Below, one piece after another: positions 11,345-25,075 of a stretch of DNA of 64,000 bases; positions within the stretch are counted from its first letter, which is position 1, and the number at the start of each line of letters is the position of its first letter. Origin of the DNA: Lytechinus pictus (Eukaryota); NCBI RefSeq assembly GCF_037042905.1, contig NC_087245.1, positions 248,001 to 312,000 of the forward strand. Direction: 5' to 3'. Below the pieces are notes generated by a model. It was not told the DNA's origin, made no database searches, and saw nothing but the letters and a program-made list of their open reading frames with translations. The position numbers and the translations under genes are program-made.

Positions 11345-12975
11345 TCACGATTCATTAATCAGCTTGATCAAGTAGGGTACCGGGCTATCCCGAAGTCTAT
11401 TTGTCCTAAATCTTATCTCCGGTACCTTCACCCTCCTTCGAAGCCTCATAGCTGATCCTCTTTCGGGAGCAGTTGGAAAGTTCTGATGATGAATAATAAT
11501 ACACAGCATTTATTATGCGCCATCTATCTAGCAAACTATTCCGAGGCGCAGAGGGATGGAGGGATTACGGGGAAAACAAATTACATATAAACAAAAATAA
11601 GAAGAAAATAGAAAGGATTTTAAACACTTTTAAATGCTTCAAGCATATAAGTATATCTCTGTCGATAGTGTCGAAGGCCGCCGACATGTCAAGAAAAACC
11701 AAGAAGACAGCCCTTTTCTGGTCGAGTGATCGGATGATATCATTGTGAACCTTGATAAGGGCAGATTCAGTGCTATGATGCTTCTAATAAGCTGACTATA
11801 ATGGTTCACAAAGATCATTAAGATCTAGATGATCTTGAAGACGCCGGGCAACAACTCTTTCCAAGACTTTGGAGATAAACTTCAGATTAGACACTGGTCG
11901 ATATTTCTTTAGGTTATCAGGGTCTAGCCTTGCCTTCAGAAGTGGTCAAACAACTGCCTCCTTGAAAGAGTCAGGGAAAATACCTGTTTTAAGTGACTTA
12001 TTCACAATGAGTGTTATGCTTAGCAGAATAAGACATAAATGTTTTTTCAAAATCCAGGTAAGAATTGGATCTTGTGAACTACAAGTGGATGAAGAATTAT
12101 GAATAATCCTTTTTACTTCATCCTCAGAAGCCAAGTCAAATGTGTCAAGAAGTTGGTCATTTCAGCAGAATGATAATAATAATAATAATTGGATTTATAT
12201 AGCGCTTTTTCCAGAGGATACAAAGTGCTGTTGATCAGTTGTTATATTTGTGCCGGTCACCACTTCAGCATCAAGTCCTTCTCAAATATCCTTTATCTTT
12301 GTAGAAAAGTATAGGCAAAACTTTTCTGCAAGTTCTTGGTCATTACGATGTGTAGGAAGAATAGATTTGACGCGCTTGTGAATCATCTTGTCTATAACCC
12401 TTTACACTTCTCTTTGACCACAGCACTCAGAGATCTCTTTCTCATAATAAGAGGCTTTTGCATGTTTTATCATTTCCAAGACAACCTGGCATTGAGTCTT
12501 GAAGCACTGTCTATCCACTTCAAGTCTAGTCTTTCTCCACCTCCTTTCTAACCTCCTCAGCTTCTTTGCTGCTATAATCTCTTCTGAATACCAAGGATTT
12601 GGCGGATGTGTAGCAACAACACAACGCTTAACAGGGGCATGCTTATTGAGAATGTCTGAGAGAGTTCCGTCATATTGGTCAATCAACTTGTTGATGTCAG
12701 TCTGTGGTTCCAGAAGAAGGTCAGACGAGCCCAGGTCTTCAGCAAAGGCATTATGATCTATTGCCTTCAGTTTTCGGTACACCATTTCTTTATGACCTGA
12801 TATGGGCTTACAGATCTGAAGATCACAGTGCACTGCTGCATGATCACAAAGGAAGGTAGAGACTTCTACTGACTTGACAATATCATCATCACTTCTACAT
12901 AAGATGTAGTCCAAGATGTGCCCACTTGTATGAGTATAGTCACATACATTTTGATGAATGTGACAAGCCATGAAG
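11345..12975 (-). mobile_element. CR1/L2-clade LINE ORF2 fragment (APE C-terminus to RT N-terminus), degraded, with short LINE/SINE tail insertions at ~11490-11640 and ~12170-12230
   Basis: THTSGHILDYIL, CDHAAVHC, NPWYSEEI, LIVNKSLKTGIFPDSFKEAVV, KYRPVSNL and FLDMSAAFDTID motifs. The inserts begin with (AAT)n. Confidence 0.88.
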
Positions 12976-13177
12976 GGTATATGAGGAAGAAAAAAATTAT
13001 TGAGCCAAATTCACCAAATACATGTACAGCAAGATTGCCATGTGAAAAACATAGTTAACCGTTCATGCGCATAATGAGCTCTTATATTATTTCTCACAGA
13101 AAAATTACATCGTATAATATTTTTTTATGAATGTGAGTTAATTATAGAACTTTTGTTCTTAAATGTTGTTCTTTCAG

Positions 13178-13429
13178 TGGGTAGGTGCTCTCATCATCCT
13201 GATTACCATCAATATCATAACCTTACGATATGGTTCCAAGTCATCCAGTGATACTACATCTACTCATCTCTTCATTAAAAGTAGACAAGACCCCAAAACC
13301 ATCAGCTACAACACACTGTCTAGCAATGATGATGACATGCATGATGAAAAGAGCAGTACCTCTGTAGCATTCACTAATGATAATGATATTGGAACAGTAG
13401 TACTAAGCCATGGTGATCAAAGTGAGTAA
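13178..13429 (+). CDS. Probable last coding exon of a multi-pass membrane protein (final TM helix plus acidic Ser/Thr tail; possibly a DMT/EamA/SLC35-type transporter)
   Basis: Acceptor TTGTTCTTTCAG at 13177 in phase 0. Peptide WVGALIILITINIITLRYGSKSSSD...DQSE* with stop at 13427-29. Unique sequence, followed by AT-rich UTR-like DNA with AATAAA at 13955. The family assignment is inference. Confidence 0.6.
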   Translation, partial: WVGALIILITINIITLRYGSKSSSDTTSTHLFIKSRQDPKTISYNTLSSNDDDMHDEKSSTSVAFTNDNDIGTVVLSHGDQSE

Positions 13430-14959
13430 AACCAATAGTTAAGCCTAAGGTAAGAAATAAGTTAAGGGATGTCACTGCATTTTTCAACATTTTACAATGA
13501 AAAGCTACTTTCGTAATTGTTTGAAATGATTTTCATTCTTCATTTATTGTATCAGATCTTTGAATTTGCTGTGACCTTTATTTCACCAAAGTTGATGGTG
13601 ACATGATCTCTGTCTATATTGCATTACAAGAGGATATCTATTTTTAACTGTGCCTTAGCACAAGTGCATTTAATAGTATGTTAGCCATTATTCTTTTTTG
13701 TTATTCACAGAATTACATTAATTTCTTTGTATTGTATTTGTAAGAGAATTCAATTATACTATTTGAGACCAATGTTAGTTGAGGCAGTAATATAGTATCA
13801 TTATACATGCTTTATCAACTTTGCATTTATAACTTTCATTTTTTGTTATGTCAGTATAGTTTTATTATTGTATACTATACTTAACAGGCACCCCATGCTC
13901 AAATTGATACCTAAATATATAGGTAAACATTAAACAAGCAAAACATTCCGTCTGAATAAAAAAGAACAAAGCTATTGCATTTTCATATTTTGACAATATT
14001 TTATTTTCATTTTCCCACTTTCCTTTTTGATGTACAAGTAATTATATAAAATCATAATTATTTGTATTTTCATACATGTATTTATTATGTCTCCTTTGTA
14101 ACAATATAATTTGCAGCAGTGATCAGTAGTTACTCCTATTTTTATCTTTTTGGGGGACAGAGTTTGAGTAAATGTGAATTCATGTGATAAGATACAAGTA
14201 AATAAGTTGGGGTAGATAATATCCACTCATCCATTGCTTTATCCAACTAACTTGTCCAATTTTGATTAAAGTTTCAGTGGGTTTTTTTTCTGTCTGTCTA
14301 TCGGTATTTTGTTTTCTTTATTTTTTTAAATCAATATAAGCCTGAGAATACCAAATGATTGTATAAAGTCATGTAATTTATAGCGTTAATTTACTTTAAG
14401 AGCTGCTGCTATTCCTTTGAGATTAACTTTACTTATTCTAGCACATCTTGTTATATTGTATTTATCAGACTATTGCATTAATTCTTTTCTTGCCTTTGAT
14501 TATATATTTTGCTCTTTTATTTTATTCATTTTCTGTTTTCTTAAGAGGTTGGGAAAATATTCAATCTTTTAATTCTAATCATACATGTACTTTTTTGACA
14601 ATGTGTTTGATAATGATAATCATATTCATAATATGAAACTTAAATTAAACATTTAAGTGCAGTGTTGTTAATGTAATTTACTATCAATAACTGGGATATA
14701 CTCATTTGATTTCCTTGTTCATTACGATGAACCAGCACGCCGAATATACAGTACACAATTTTCCTGCGCGCGCGCTGCATCTCCCTATGAACGCACTATC
14801 CCAAGATCATCGCGCAATTTGGCGTCCATTTCCTCTTTTACTTTCGCCTGCCGCCGTTACTACCATTACTATTTCTTCCTATTATTAGCCTACTGCTATT
14901 ATCGTTATGACTATTTTGTTTAGTAATGTTGTTTTTACAATTAGTACTTCTATCAGTGT

Positions 14960-16655
14960 TATTAGGTGATCTGTCAGTCGACAGATCAACTATTAATTTC
15001 GTACGAATTTTCTTTTTTATTTATTTATTATTTATTTTTATTTTCCACCCTTTGCTTGTTAGCACAAAATCTCCAAATCTACATCATTAATTATCTTCAG
15101 AATATTATCAGATATGGGGACTTATCATGTGATGTGTATAAGACAAGTTCAAGGTCAAAAGGTCATCATGACGTCATCTTGACGCCATTTTGTAAAATCA
15201 CATTATCAATCATATCTTCATTATCAATTATCAAAAATTAATAATATTTACATCACAGTAACTTCAGGTCAAGGGTCAACTGTCCATGTCATTAAAGGTC
15301 ATGTAAAGGTAACGACGTGCGCGTACGCGCGCGTCAAAATTTTAAAATGCTCAAAATCACTTTTTGACCAAAGTAGAGTACGAATCAGGTCATTTTAAGC
15401 ATTTCACGGTTTAAGCACGGTTACGCGCGCGTTCTCGCGCGTAACGGCACTATACAACATAGGATCGCCATTTTCTTTATATCAATGCATTGATTATATA
15501 ATTCTGAGTAATTTGATACCTTGATCAACCTTTTACGACAAGTAATCACGGAATAAGCCTCCATCAAAGTTTACAGCACGCGCGCACTAACCATAGACAA
15601 TATATGTGCAAAAACATGCCTATACAAAATTCATTATAGCTCTTTAGATAGTCCGTTGACCCCCGATTTTTTGTTCATATTCCAATAGTGTATAGATGGG
15701 AGATATGATTTCATGCCACATTTGACCCTTAATTTTATCATGACGTCATCAAAATGGCGTCGAAACTCAAAATTACCACTTTGCTACCTATGACGTCATC
15801 ATAATTATGCAAATTTGACTCTAACTCCATAAATATTGGTCAATTTTCGCTCAGTTTCTTATATATTGTAGCTGAGGACATACTCTTTTTAATTTGATGG
15901 CTATATTTGATTTTAAAGGAATGAATCATCCTAAAAAATGGCAAGTTATAGAGGCATGTCATTTTCGCTCATTTTGTGTGCAATCTCTATGGGAAATGAC
16001 TTTTTCTCAAAACTGGATTTTACATTCTTCTATTTCGCGAGCCATATCTCCATTTCTTTTTGTCGGTTTTCTCTGAGCTTGAAGTATGTTGTAGCTGAGA
16101 TTATAAGCTATCGCAAATGTGGTCTTCATTTTCTGATCAGATGCCGAGATCATGCCCGTATTTCACTTGCAAAATTGGATTTGAGATCCTCTCAATTTGC
16201 TATGTGTAAAGTCTATGGGAAATAGTGCTTATGTGTAAAAGTCTATGGGAAATAGTGTAGCTCAGCCGATAAGGCATCAGACTTGCAATCTTAAGGTCGA
16301 GGGTTGGAACCCAGGGGTGAACATGAGATTTTTTTTTTTTTTTTCTTTCTTTTCAACATTTCACAAATGGTCCTTCATGACCATTACAAGGTATATAAGT
16401 TAAAACATTGCACAATAAAATAGTTTTAAAAATCCTTTTAATATAACATGTACCATGTGTATCATTTACATCTATTTTCCAAAGTTTCTCATTTCTCTCT
16501 TTTCAAGAGTATTCATCTTGTTCTTTTTGTAATAGAAGTTTAGTTTTCAATATGATCATCGTATTGATGTCAATAAACATGCTGATTGTCTTCGTGATCA
16601 TGAAATCAGAGACAGATCACCTAATTCGTCCTCATGACGAATTAAAATTCTAGTT
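14960..16655 (+). mobile_element. Helentron-associated / DINE-1-like non-autonomous rolling-circle element
   Basis: Subterminal IR ATTAGGTGATCTGTC (14961) / GACAGATCACCTAAT (16611), 5' hairpin GATCTGTC-AGTC-GACAGATC, and 3' hairpin AATTCGTC-CTCAT-GACGAATT followed by CTAGTT. Confidence 0.78.
16251..16323 (+). pseudogene. tRNA-derived sequence (tRNA-Lys-like body) inside the Helentron-like element
   Basis: TAGCTCAG...GCATCAGACTTGCAATCTTAAGGTCGAGGGTTGGAACCC. A and B boxes are degenerate and the acceptor stem is absent. Confidence 0.6.
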
Positions 16656-18245
16656 ACTATTAATATTCTTTTTATTAATGTACTCATGATTGTAATCAGT
16701 TTTCTCTGATGATCTCCTGAGCTTAACATTATTGGCGCCCGATTGACACGGGAAAAAGATCATTAACAATCGCTGGCTTTTTTATCATATGTGTTTTACA
16801 GGGTAAATACTTTGCACAACTCTATACATCTTTCAGGCTTTCTTCTCATGTCTTACTGTATAAGTATGAATTTCAATTGATCTAATTTGACAACTGACTG
16901 GTAAACTGTAGATCCCAATCCTTTATTAAGCCTATGGGCATTAACCTTACCCCTACTACATGGCTGCCTACCAGTAAAAGTCAATAAATATGTATTTGAA
17001 TTGGCCAAATTGATCCTTCATTTTAATAATTTTCATTGATTTTAAAAAGAACTTGCTGTTATGAAATAATTTTATAGTTTGCCAAAACAGTCTCGGGTTT
17101 CATAATGTGACAAAGAATTGATTAATTTGCATCGCAAATCTGGTCTCAAAAGTTGTGCGAGATTCGAAAGTAAAAAGTCGGCGAGCAGCGCAGTAGAAAA
17201 ATTTCACTCTATCGCGATTTATTGTGAAAAATTTTGTGGGGCGGATTCAGTAACCCCCCCCCCCCCTTGCATATTAGGGTAAATGATTTGTACATACATG
17301 AACTGTAATTATTTGAAATAAATCAATTGACTGAGTGGAATGTTGATATTGCTTTGAAAGTCATGAGCACCACCAAATTAAATAAAATGAACAGTATTTT
17401 ACCCTCTATTAATATATGGCTCTATAGATATATATGTATTAATTGTACTGCCATCTACAGTTGAAAGTTGTCATGACAGATTGTAATTTGGTGTAGTTAC
17501 TACAAGAAATATCAGTGAAATGGTCCTGTCTTCCATTGCCTACAGGTACAAACTTATTGGACCCAAACCCATGCCTTTGGGGTGATCATCTTACACTGAA
17601 TGCCTCGTACAATCAATTTCTTCTAACAATTTCATTTACACCTCATATTTACTTTATGAAAGATGTTTTGTTTTACCTCATTGATTTGGCACAGGGTATT
17701 TGAAAAAGTTTACCGCCAATCATATCAATCTTTCAGATTTTGAAATCTACAATTGATTGATTAATATTAGCAGTAGCAAGCTATTTGCATTTTTGTTTCT
17801 GGAAGCAGATGAGTAATTAATTTATCTTCCCTTCGAATGCCCCCGCACACAGATCATTTTATCTTCCCTTCCAATGCCCCGCAAACAGCGATAATTTTCC
17901 TTGTAAAAACATATATTACTATCAATAATATAATTATGTCACAAACAAAAGCAGAAATTGATTTATTTTGAATGACAGATCAAACATGCTTTTAGCAGAT
18001 ACCTGTCTCTAGATATTACATTTGCTAGTTCTACAGAAATCATGTGTACAAGAAAACTTGTCCATAAAGATCACCATTGTGTGCAAACCATTTTATTGAG
18101 CAGTTTTCACCCAACTTGACTCAAGTTGTGTTCACTCCTTACATGGTTTTAATTATTTGTTACTGATTTTAAAATTTGAGATGGATTATAACATTTGAAA
18201 ATGATATGCCATATGTATGTGAATATTCATTGCCTTTTGAATATA

Positions 18246-19054
18246 CAGTGCGTCCCACAAAAAACGAAACAGAGATTTATCGATGATTTATCATGCCTTA
18301 ATCACAAATACTATAGACAATTGACCTATCATTGTAAAGCTTAGAGTCTCCTCTTTCATTTGAAATAACTTAGATTATTCCTCATTCATGCATAAGTGAG
18401 AAAAAACAATTTGAAGAAAGGAAACAAAAAAGGTCACTTGGCGGGCAGTGTCTGAGTTCAAAAAGAAAATCACATTTTAAAAAAGTTCGATTTCTGTTCT
18501 TTAATTTGATACCTCAAATACAGAAAACGGTCAAGAAATAACAAAGATCTGTTTATTTGAAATAAGGCTTTAATTTCAGTAATTTCATAAAATAAAGAGG
18601 TTTTACGGGAAAACTTATAGACTTGACATTTTGTTTTGTTGACGAACAGCCATGCAGAAAGTATTTTGTTAACCGTACGATAGCTTCGATGGGAACCCGG
18701 TGAAAACACTTATGTTTCATGAAATTATATGGAAATACAATCATTCGAAGAAACATAACTTTATTTCTTTACCATTTTCTGCGATTTAGCTATCTAATTA
18801 AAGAGCAGATATTGAACTTTTTAGGCATGTGATTTTCTTTTTGAAATTTTGATACCCTGCCAAATGACTTTTGGCTATCCTTTCTTCAAATTGTTCTTAC
18901 TTACTCATGTGTGGGTGAGAAATCTTGTATGTTAAACCAGCTAGAAGTATAAACATTCTAAGCTTTACAATGCATTTGTCTATTGTATTCATGATTAAGT
19001 TATGATAAATCATCGCTAAACCTTGGTTTCGTTTTTTGTGGGCCGCACGAGTTG
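18246..19054. mobile_element. Tc1/mariner-like MITE
   Basis: TA+CAGTGCGTCCCACAAAAAACGAAAC, with inverse GTTTCGTTTTTTGTGGGCCGCAC near 19048 and long degenerate inverted arms. Confidence 0.78.
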
Positions 19055-19526
19055 TATATTGCAAAGTTTTGTAAATGATAAACTGCAAAATGCACACTTT
19101 TTTTTAATTTTCGTCATTCCGGTGTTGGCATCAATAACTCTTGAATTGTATATTGTGATTTCTCCTTATATCAAAGAAAGTCATGTTATAATGATCATTT
19201 TTATTTTTATATTGATTATTAAAAAGTTATTCTATTCTGGGATGTTTATTTTGCAATAAATATAGTTACTGATAACACCAGTGAAGTTTTTATATAGGTT
19301 ATTCTGTGAGTAGCTTTTTATAATGTAGCCATTTATGTTTGACATGGTGTATCAGTAATGAATAGACCTTAGTAATCACAAATAGCAAGACAAGTAATCT
19401 CGATAGATGCTCTCATGGGAGGCATGTTTGAATAATTACATTCCATTCATGTTAAGTATCTTTTTTTCGAAAGCTGTTTGTTAAGTAACATCACCTTTAT
19501 GAATGACTGATGACCCTTTCTTAGGA

Positions 19527-19697
19527 ACTATCAACACCAAGTAAAATAAATCTGGTTTATATCATTAGGGACTATCAACACCAAGTACATGTAAATTACA
19601 TCTGGTGTATATCAGCAACTATCAATACCAAGTGAAATAAATCTGGTTTATATCATTTGCAACTATCAACACCAAGTAAAATCTGGTGTATATCATT
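19527..19697. repeat. Minisatellite, about 4 copies of ~43-48 bp
   Basis: ACTATCAACACCAAGT...AATCTGGT(T/G)TATATCA repeated. Confidence 0.85.
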
Positions 19698-19859
19698 TAC
19701 TGCAAGGAAAGGTCACCATTCGTAACTAACAAACAGCAATTTTTATTTATTTTTTACTATTATGATAATTATTGATATAAAATGATATTGAGGATGATGA
19801 TAACAAGAATTCATATATTTTATTGATATTTTCTTTTTCTTCCTCCCATCCATTTCTTT

Positions 19860-20050
19860 CTTTCTCTCTTGCTTTATTTCTCTCTTTCTTTCTTTCTTGC
19901 TTGCTTTCTTTCTTGCTTGCTTTCTTTCTTGCTTGCTTGCTTTCTTTCTTGCTTGCTTTCTTTCTTTCTTGCTTGCTTGCTTGCTTTCTTTCTTGCTTGC
20001 TTTCTTCCTTTTTTCCTTCCCTTCTTTTCTTCACTCCTTTCCTTTTTTTC
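19860..20050. repeat. (TTTC)n/(TTGC)n compound microsatellite
   Basis: Seen directly; it explains the overlapping low-complexity ORFs. Confidence 0.95.
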
Positions 20051-20154
20051 TTTCATTAGTTTCCTTACTTTCTTTGACCAAATTATAAAACATATCATGA
20101 ACATGGATAAATTTTAGATTACATGAGCAGGGGTGATAGTTGTTGGTCAGAAGT

Positions 20155-20704
20155 CCCGGGGGGCCACTTCCATTCACGAGTGGATACCATGCCCGACCAT
20201 GAGATCTCAAAAAGCACCCTAAACACGTTTTTTCCATAATCTGAAAATGCACCCCTTAACAGGTATTGGCGTGTGAAACCCAACCCTTAACGAGTATTGG
20301 AAACAAAACGATACTAAATTGGCAAGTATTCCCTGAATTGTACCCCTAAACAAGTACAGCGATATTTCAAACACGGACGTCGGTTTTACCTTTACCTACA
20401 TCATTGGGTTTAGTACAGCCCAATTCGCGCAAATCGTACTCTAGGCACGTAGTGTTGACTCCTGGGGCAAAAAGTACATCCTTTATAAAAACATTTTAGT
20501 CTTGATTGTTTATACCCTCACAAATTTGACCCTAAACACGTAAATTTCCAAGCGAAATAGATACCCTTTTTTCATTATTTTAGTGTTTTTGACACCCTTA
20601 TTACGTTACGTACGTAACGTGCCCTATCTTGAAAAAGACATCCTATTTACCTGTTTTTTGGGTCACGCATGGTATCCACTCGTCAATGTAAGTGGCCCCC
20701 CGGG
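20155..20704. mobile_element. MITE with CCCGGGG termini and 8-bp TSD
   Basis: CCCGGGGGGCCACTT...GAGTGGATACCATG / CATGGTATCCACTCG...AAGTGGCCCCCCGGG, with TSD TCAGAAGT at 20147-54 and 20705-12. Confidence 0.9.
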
Positions 20705-20762
20705 TCAGAAGTACACCCACACATAGCACTACATAAAAACATCAAACATAAATGCTCATTAA

Positions 20763-21350
20763 AGGTCAAGTCCACACCAGAAATTGTTGATTTGAATCGA
20801 TAGAGAAAAATGAAATAAGCATAACACTGAAAATTTCATCAAAATCGGATATAAAATAAGAAAATTATGACATTTTAAAGTTTCGCTTATTTTTCACAAA
20901 ACATAATTATGCACAACTCTGTGATATGCAAATAAGGGAGTCGATGATTTCCCTGCACTATTTCTTGTGTGTTTTTTATTGTTTGAATTATTCATTTCAA
21001 GTTTTACCGATTTGACAATAAGGACAAATTTGACTTAACATAAACTGTTCAAATAATGGTAATTCCACATGTTCAGAGAGGAACAAATTTTTGTTTCACA
21101 TTACAATAAGGAGAAAATTTTCATATTTCATGTAATAAAATACAAAAGAAATGGTGAGTGGGTGACATCATCAGTCTGCTCATTGCATAACGACCAGGAT
21201 GTGCATATAATTGTGTGCTTTTTAGTAAGCGAAACTTTAAAATATCACTTTCTTATATTACATCCGAGTTTGATGAAATTTTCCGTGTTATGCTTGTTGG
21301 ATTTTTCTCCTTTTATTCAAATAAACTTTTTGTTGAGGTGGACTTGTGCT
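20763..21350. mobile_element. Kolobok-like non-autonomous DNA transposon
   Basis: TTAA|AGGTCAAGTCCAC ... GTGGACTTGTGCT|TTAA. Confidence 0.8.
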
Positions 21351-22159
21351 TTAACTTAGATGCAAATTATAAAAAAGATGTCCTAAGATTAATTGGTATA
21401 AAATGAAACACCCACCAAAGTTTTAACTTACCAAACGTTAATACTGCCCACATTAATACATGTATACTGCCCTATAAAATGCCAAATGTGCAGTTACCAA
21501 AATGTAAGGTTAAAAGGTAGGGCACATTTTTGTGACTGCACATGGCTATTTCAAAGTTCGGGATGGTGTGTCCGGAATGAAAGGTGTGATCAGAGGAGCG
21601 TATTTGATTATCTATAATAATGCTGTGCATCATTCTGTGCATATTGATCATGACAAATATATAATTATTTCAATATGAAGATAAAATATTCAGATGAAAT
21701 AACTCTTTGAGAATGTGTATCAATATCGATCTTTTAAAATGAGTACTATAAATGCATGAAATTTTGTCCACTCTACTGGAAGCATCAATCAACTCAAGTG
21801 TTTGGTCATGTACCCAATCAAGACTTAGGATGAAGGCAGCCTCTACGTCATTTTTGTTAGATTAGGCACCGCTGCTTAAAAACATATTCAAAGATAAAAG
21901 CGTTAATACATTGATAAAAGTTATAATATAATGGTGGTAGCAGCTCAGTAAGCAGAGCATGTGACGAGAGCACCGTCACATTCAACTTCGATTCGGTGTT
22001 ATTAAAATATACTCATTAAAGAGTCCGAAGACTAACAATGTGAGCTCACAATCAAAAGCATAAAATATGACAGATAAGATAAGTATATAACATGCAGTGA
22101 TCATAATATGTCTTAAAAACATTATACATTAAAAAGAACTAAAAGAACTCAATCCAAAC

Positions 22160-23372
22160 AAATACATTACAAGGGGGACGGCAACTTTATATACATTATA
22201 TTGAATAAAACCATAAATAAATCGTCAAACCAATCATCCCACAACTGAAAGTAAGCAAATAACTGAATTTATGGACCAGATGTAAGTTTTTTTATTTAGT
22301 ATATTGTCAAAGAAATTCAAAGTTAGTGCATTTCTGATGTCTTTAGCTAAATTGTTCCACTTTTTCGGACCTATAAAACGAATAGACTAAAACACGTCAT
22401 GTGTCTTGGCAAATGTATCACTGAAGAGGAGTGTGTATTGTATTTATATAAATTCTGATTTGTATCAAGGCAACTGAGAAAAATGAACAGGCATAAGCCG
22501 ATTGATACACTGATAAATAAAAATACATTGCTGGTAGGTTGTAATATCTTTTAAAGTAAGCAGCTAAAAATCTGACTATAATGTGTTAATGTTTGATCTT
22601 GGGCTTACTCCAGCTATGATTCTAACTTCTAACTAGTTTACTTTGTTTTGTAACTAGTCTATTTTGGTTAGACTGAAAAGTACTTCACGAAACTAAGTTA
22701 CAATATTAGACAAATAATGCAATACAAGCGTGGAATACAACATTTGCAATAATATATCAGCTAGTAAAAAGTAACTGGAAATAATGTTCTTTGATATAAT
22801 AATTATTAGGATTATTTGAATTTACTCACATGATTATCGGTCTGCTATATTTAAGTTGTATTTCGCCGATTATCTCTATATTTGTATGTATAATTTATTT
22901 TCGTAATGGTGGTTTCACTTTCAGTTTCTTTGTTGTTCTTTGACTTAGATATTTTGTACTTTTATTCTTCTTTCTTTTCTTCTTTCTGAGCGCTTTGAAA
23001 CGTCCGTATTATTACTATAATATTCTTTGATATAATAATCTTTGATATATTCTGGAAATAATATTCTTTGATATTTTCTTCTCAAAATTTTGTATGTAAA
23101 ATTTCCAAGTTAACTTTGAATCAATGGTTACACCAAGATTTTTTTTTTCAATCTTAGGAATGTCAATACTATTTAATTCTCAGTGCCATATTGTTTATTA
23201 CGATAACTGAAAATAATGAAGTTGCATTTAGTCATTTACGGGGTTTAAAAAATAGCCATTGCCTGGAAGGCTGTGACAACATGCACAGCTTAGAGATGTT
23301 ATTACTTGTTCTTGCAAAGAAGTTAGATCTTTACAATTGAACAGTATATTTGTATCGTCAGCAGAAAGGGAG
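22160..23372 (-). mobile_element. Degraded CR1-clade LINE 3' fragment (RT C-terminal half)
   Basis: Minus-strand remnants LSADDTNIL (~23365), LGVTIDSKLTW (~23135), LYSTLVLHYL (~22740) and GPKKWNNL (~22370). Confidence 0.75.
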
Positions 23373-25075
23373 ATAAGATGAGAGGAAGTCATTCTAAATA
23401 TCGATGTAACTCCATTGACAACAAATTTTATGGAAAACGATTCACATATTTCAAAATGAAATCGAAAAGGATTAGGGTCTGAAATTGGTATTATGAATTA
23501 TCACGTTAAAAGAAATAAAAGAGAACGAATGAAACCCATAAGAGAATCATTACTTCATGAAAAACATAAGAAAGTAAAGTTATTATTATACAATATAATC
23601 TGATGCTCATTGGTCCTTTCTAGATTCTTTATCCTCCTTAACCCTAACCCTCTCATATCCTCTACTCCCCCCCCCCCTCCATTAAACGCTCTCTCTTTCC
23701 TCGTTTCCCCTATATGTAGACCTTGTCACTTGATTGAAAAACATTTTAACATCGCATTATAGTCAATTGTCACGTTGCCATTCGATTCATCGACAGCATC
23801 CCCGTTGTCATGACGACGTATTCAGTATGCTTTGGCGCCCTCCTGAAGTAATGTTATTGCTCTTCTAACTCGTTGAGCCCCAGCATTGAGCGGACACTCT
23901 TTTACTGAGCTTTCAATCCAGCATATAAATAAATGATATAAATGGCATTCTCTATCCTACGACTAAAGTAGGCATAGACAGGCATATTTGAAAAAAAAAG
24001 ATAAACATCATTGTGGGTAAATATATATTGCACTCTTTATCCCTAAATTGTCGTGATTATTTCGCGATACGAATGTTAGGAGCTCTCTGTACCGACAGTG
24101 ATTAGAATGTTCCGGTTGAGGGGTAACTCGCCCAAAAAAATCAGCTCGCGCTTGCATCAATTGTTCAGTTATACCAGTCTTGTTGGTGCATTGCTTCGAA
24201 TGTCTGTTTTAGGTCTGAATATATGTATTTAAAAAAAAATCGTCTAGCGCTTTCAGCTTTAATACCGCTCGAACTGTCCAGTTGTCAAATCGATATCTAA
24301 CAAAATCACAGCACACGTACGCTTCGCACTCGCATAAATTTATTAGTTATAAACATATCCGGATCATGGTTACAAAAAATGCTTTAAATTACCTTTACCA
24401 GGTAGGAATATTAAAATGTCCACTCACGCTTCATGCTCGCATTGTTTGATTAGTTACCCATCCCATAGGCGGATCCAGCTTTTGGCGAAAGGGGGGGGGG
24501 GGGCGCACTGCCGAGCGGCGCACATATTTTTGCACTTCACCGGCGCCATAAAAGAAAATGTTGAAAAAGGGGTAAAGTCTGACCCTGTCAAATGCTCTTT
24601 TCAAAATGTAGGATTTCCAATCATGCCATTTTGCATGACCACACGCAGATGATATTTCCGGGGGGGGGGGCAAGACTCGAAAATTTTATGCACATATCTC
24701 AAATTTGCACATTTTTCATAGTTTTCATGAAATGTTAAGGAAAAAAAATTGTTTTTCACAACAGCAGATCGCGAATGTGCCCCCCCCCCCCTTCTCCCTT
24801 GCTGCGTACGACCATTCCCTGAAGTCCACTTAAACATATCTCATTATAACAGAAATATACATCAATTTAAACATATTATCTTTCTAAAACATATATAGAG
24901 AGAGATTGAAAAACTTATTAAAGACAGGAACAAGCAAAAAGTAACACAAATTATGCATGTTATGTGCGATTTCAAAATCTCGTGTATTAACCCTTTTATT
25001 GCGATGAGGCCAATACTTTTGTATATTATAATAGAGGTACAAGTTTTTTTTACTATATGTATATATATATATACA

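Noticed and set aside
1..12975. The two CR1/L2 fragments as one element split by insertions
   Set aside because: On the - strand the APE C-terminus/RT piece (12975->11345) comes before the APE N-terminus (576->1), which is the wrong order. They are separate copies or a rearrangement.
19527..19697. Possible repeat-spacer array
   Set aside because: It is a contiguous minisatellite with no unique spacers.
19747..20117. Overlapping Lys/Glu-rich and Leu/Phe-rich ORFs
   Set aside because: They arise from the TTTC/TTGC microsatellite.
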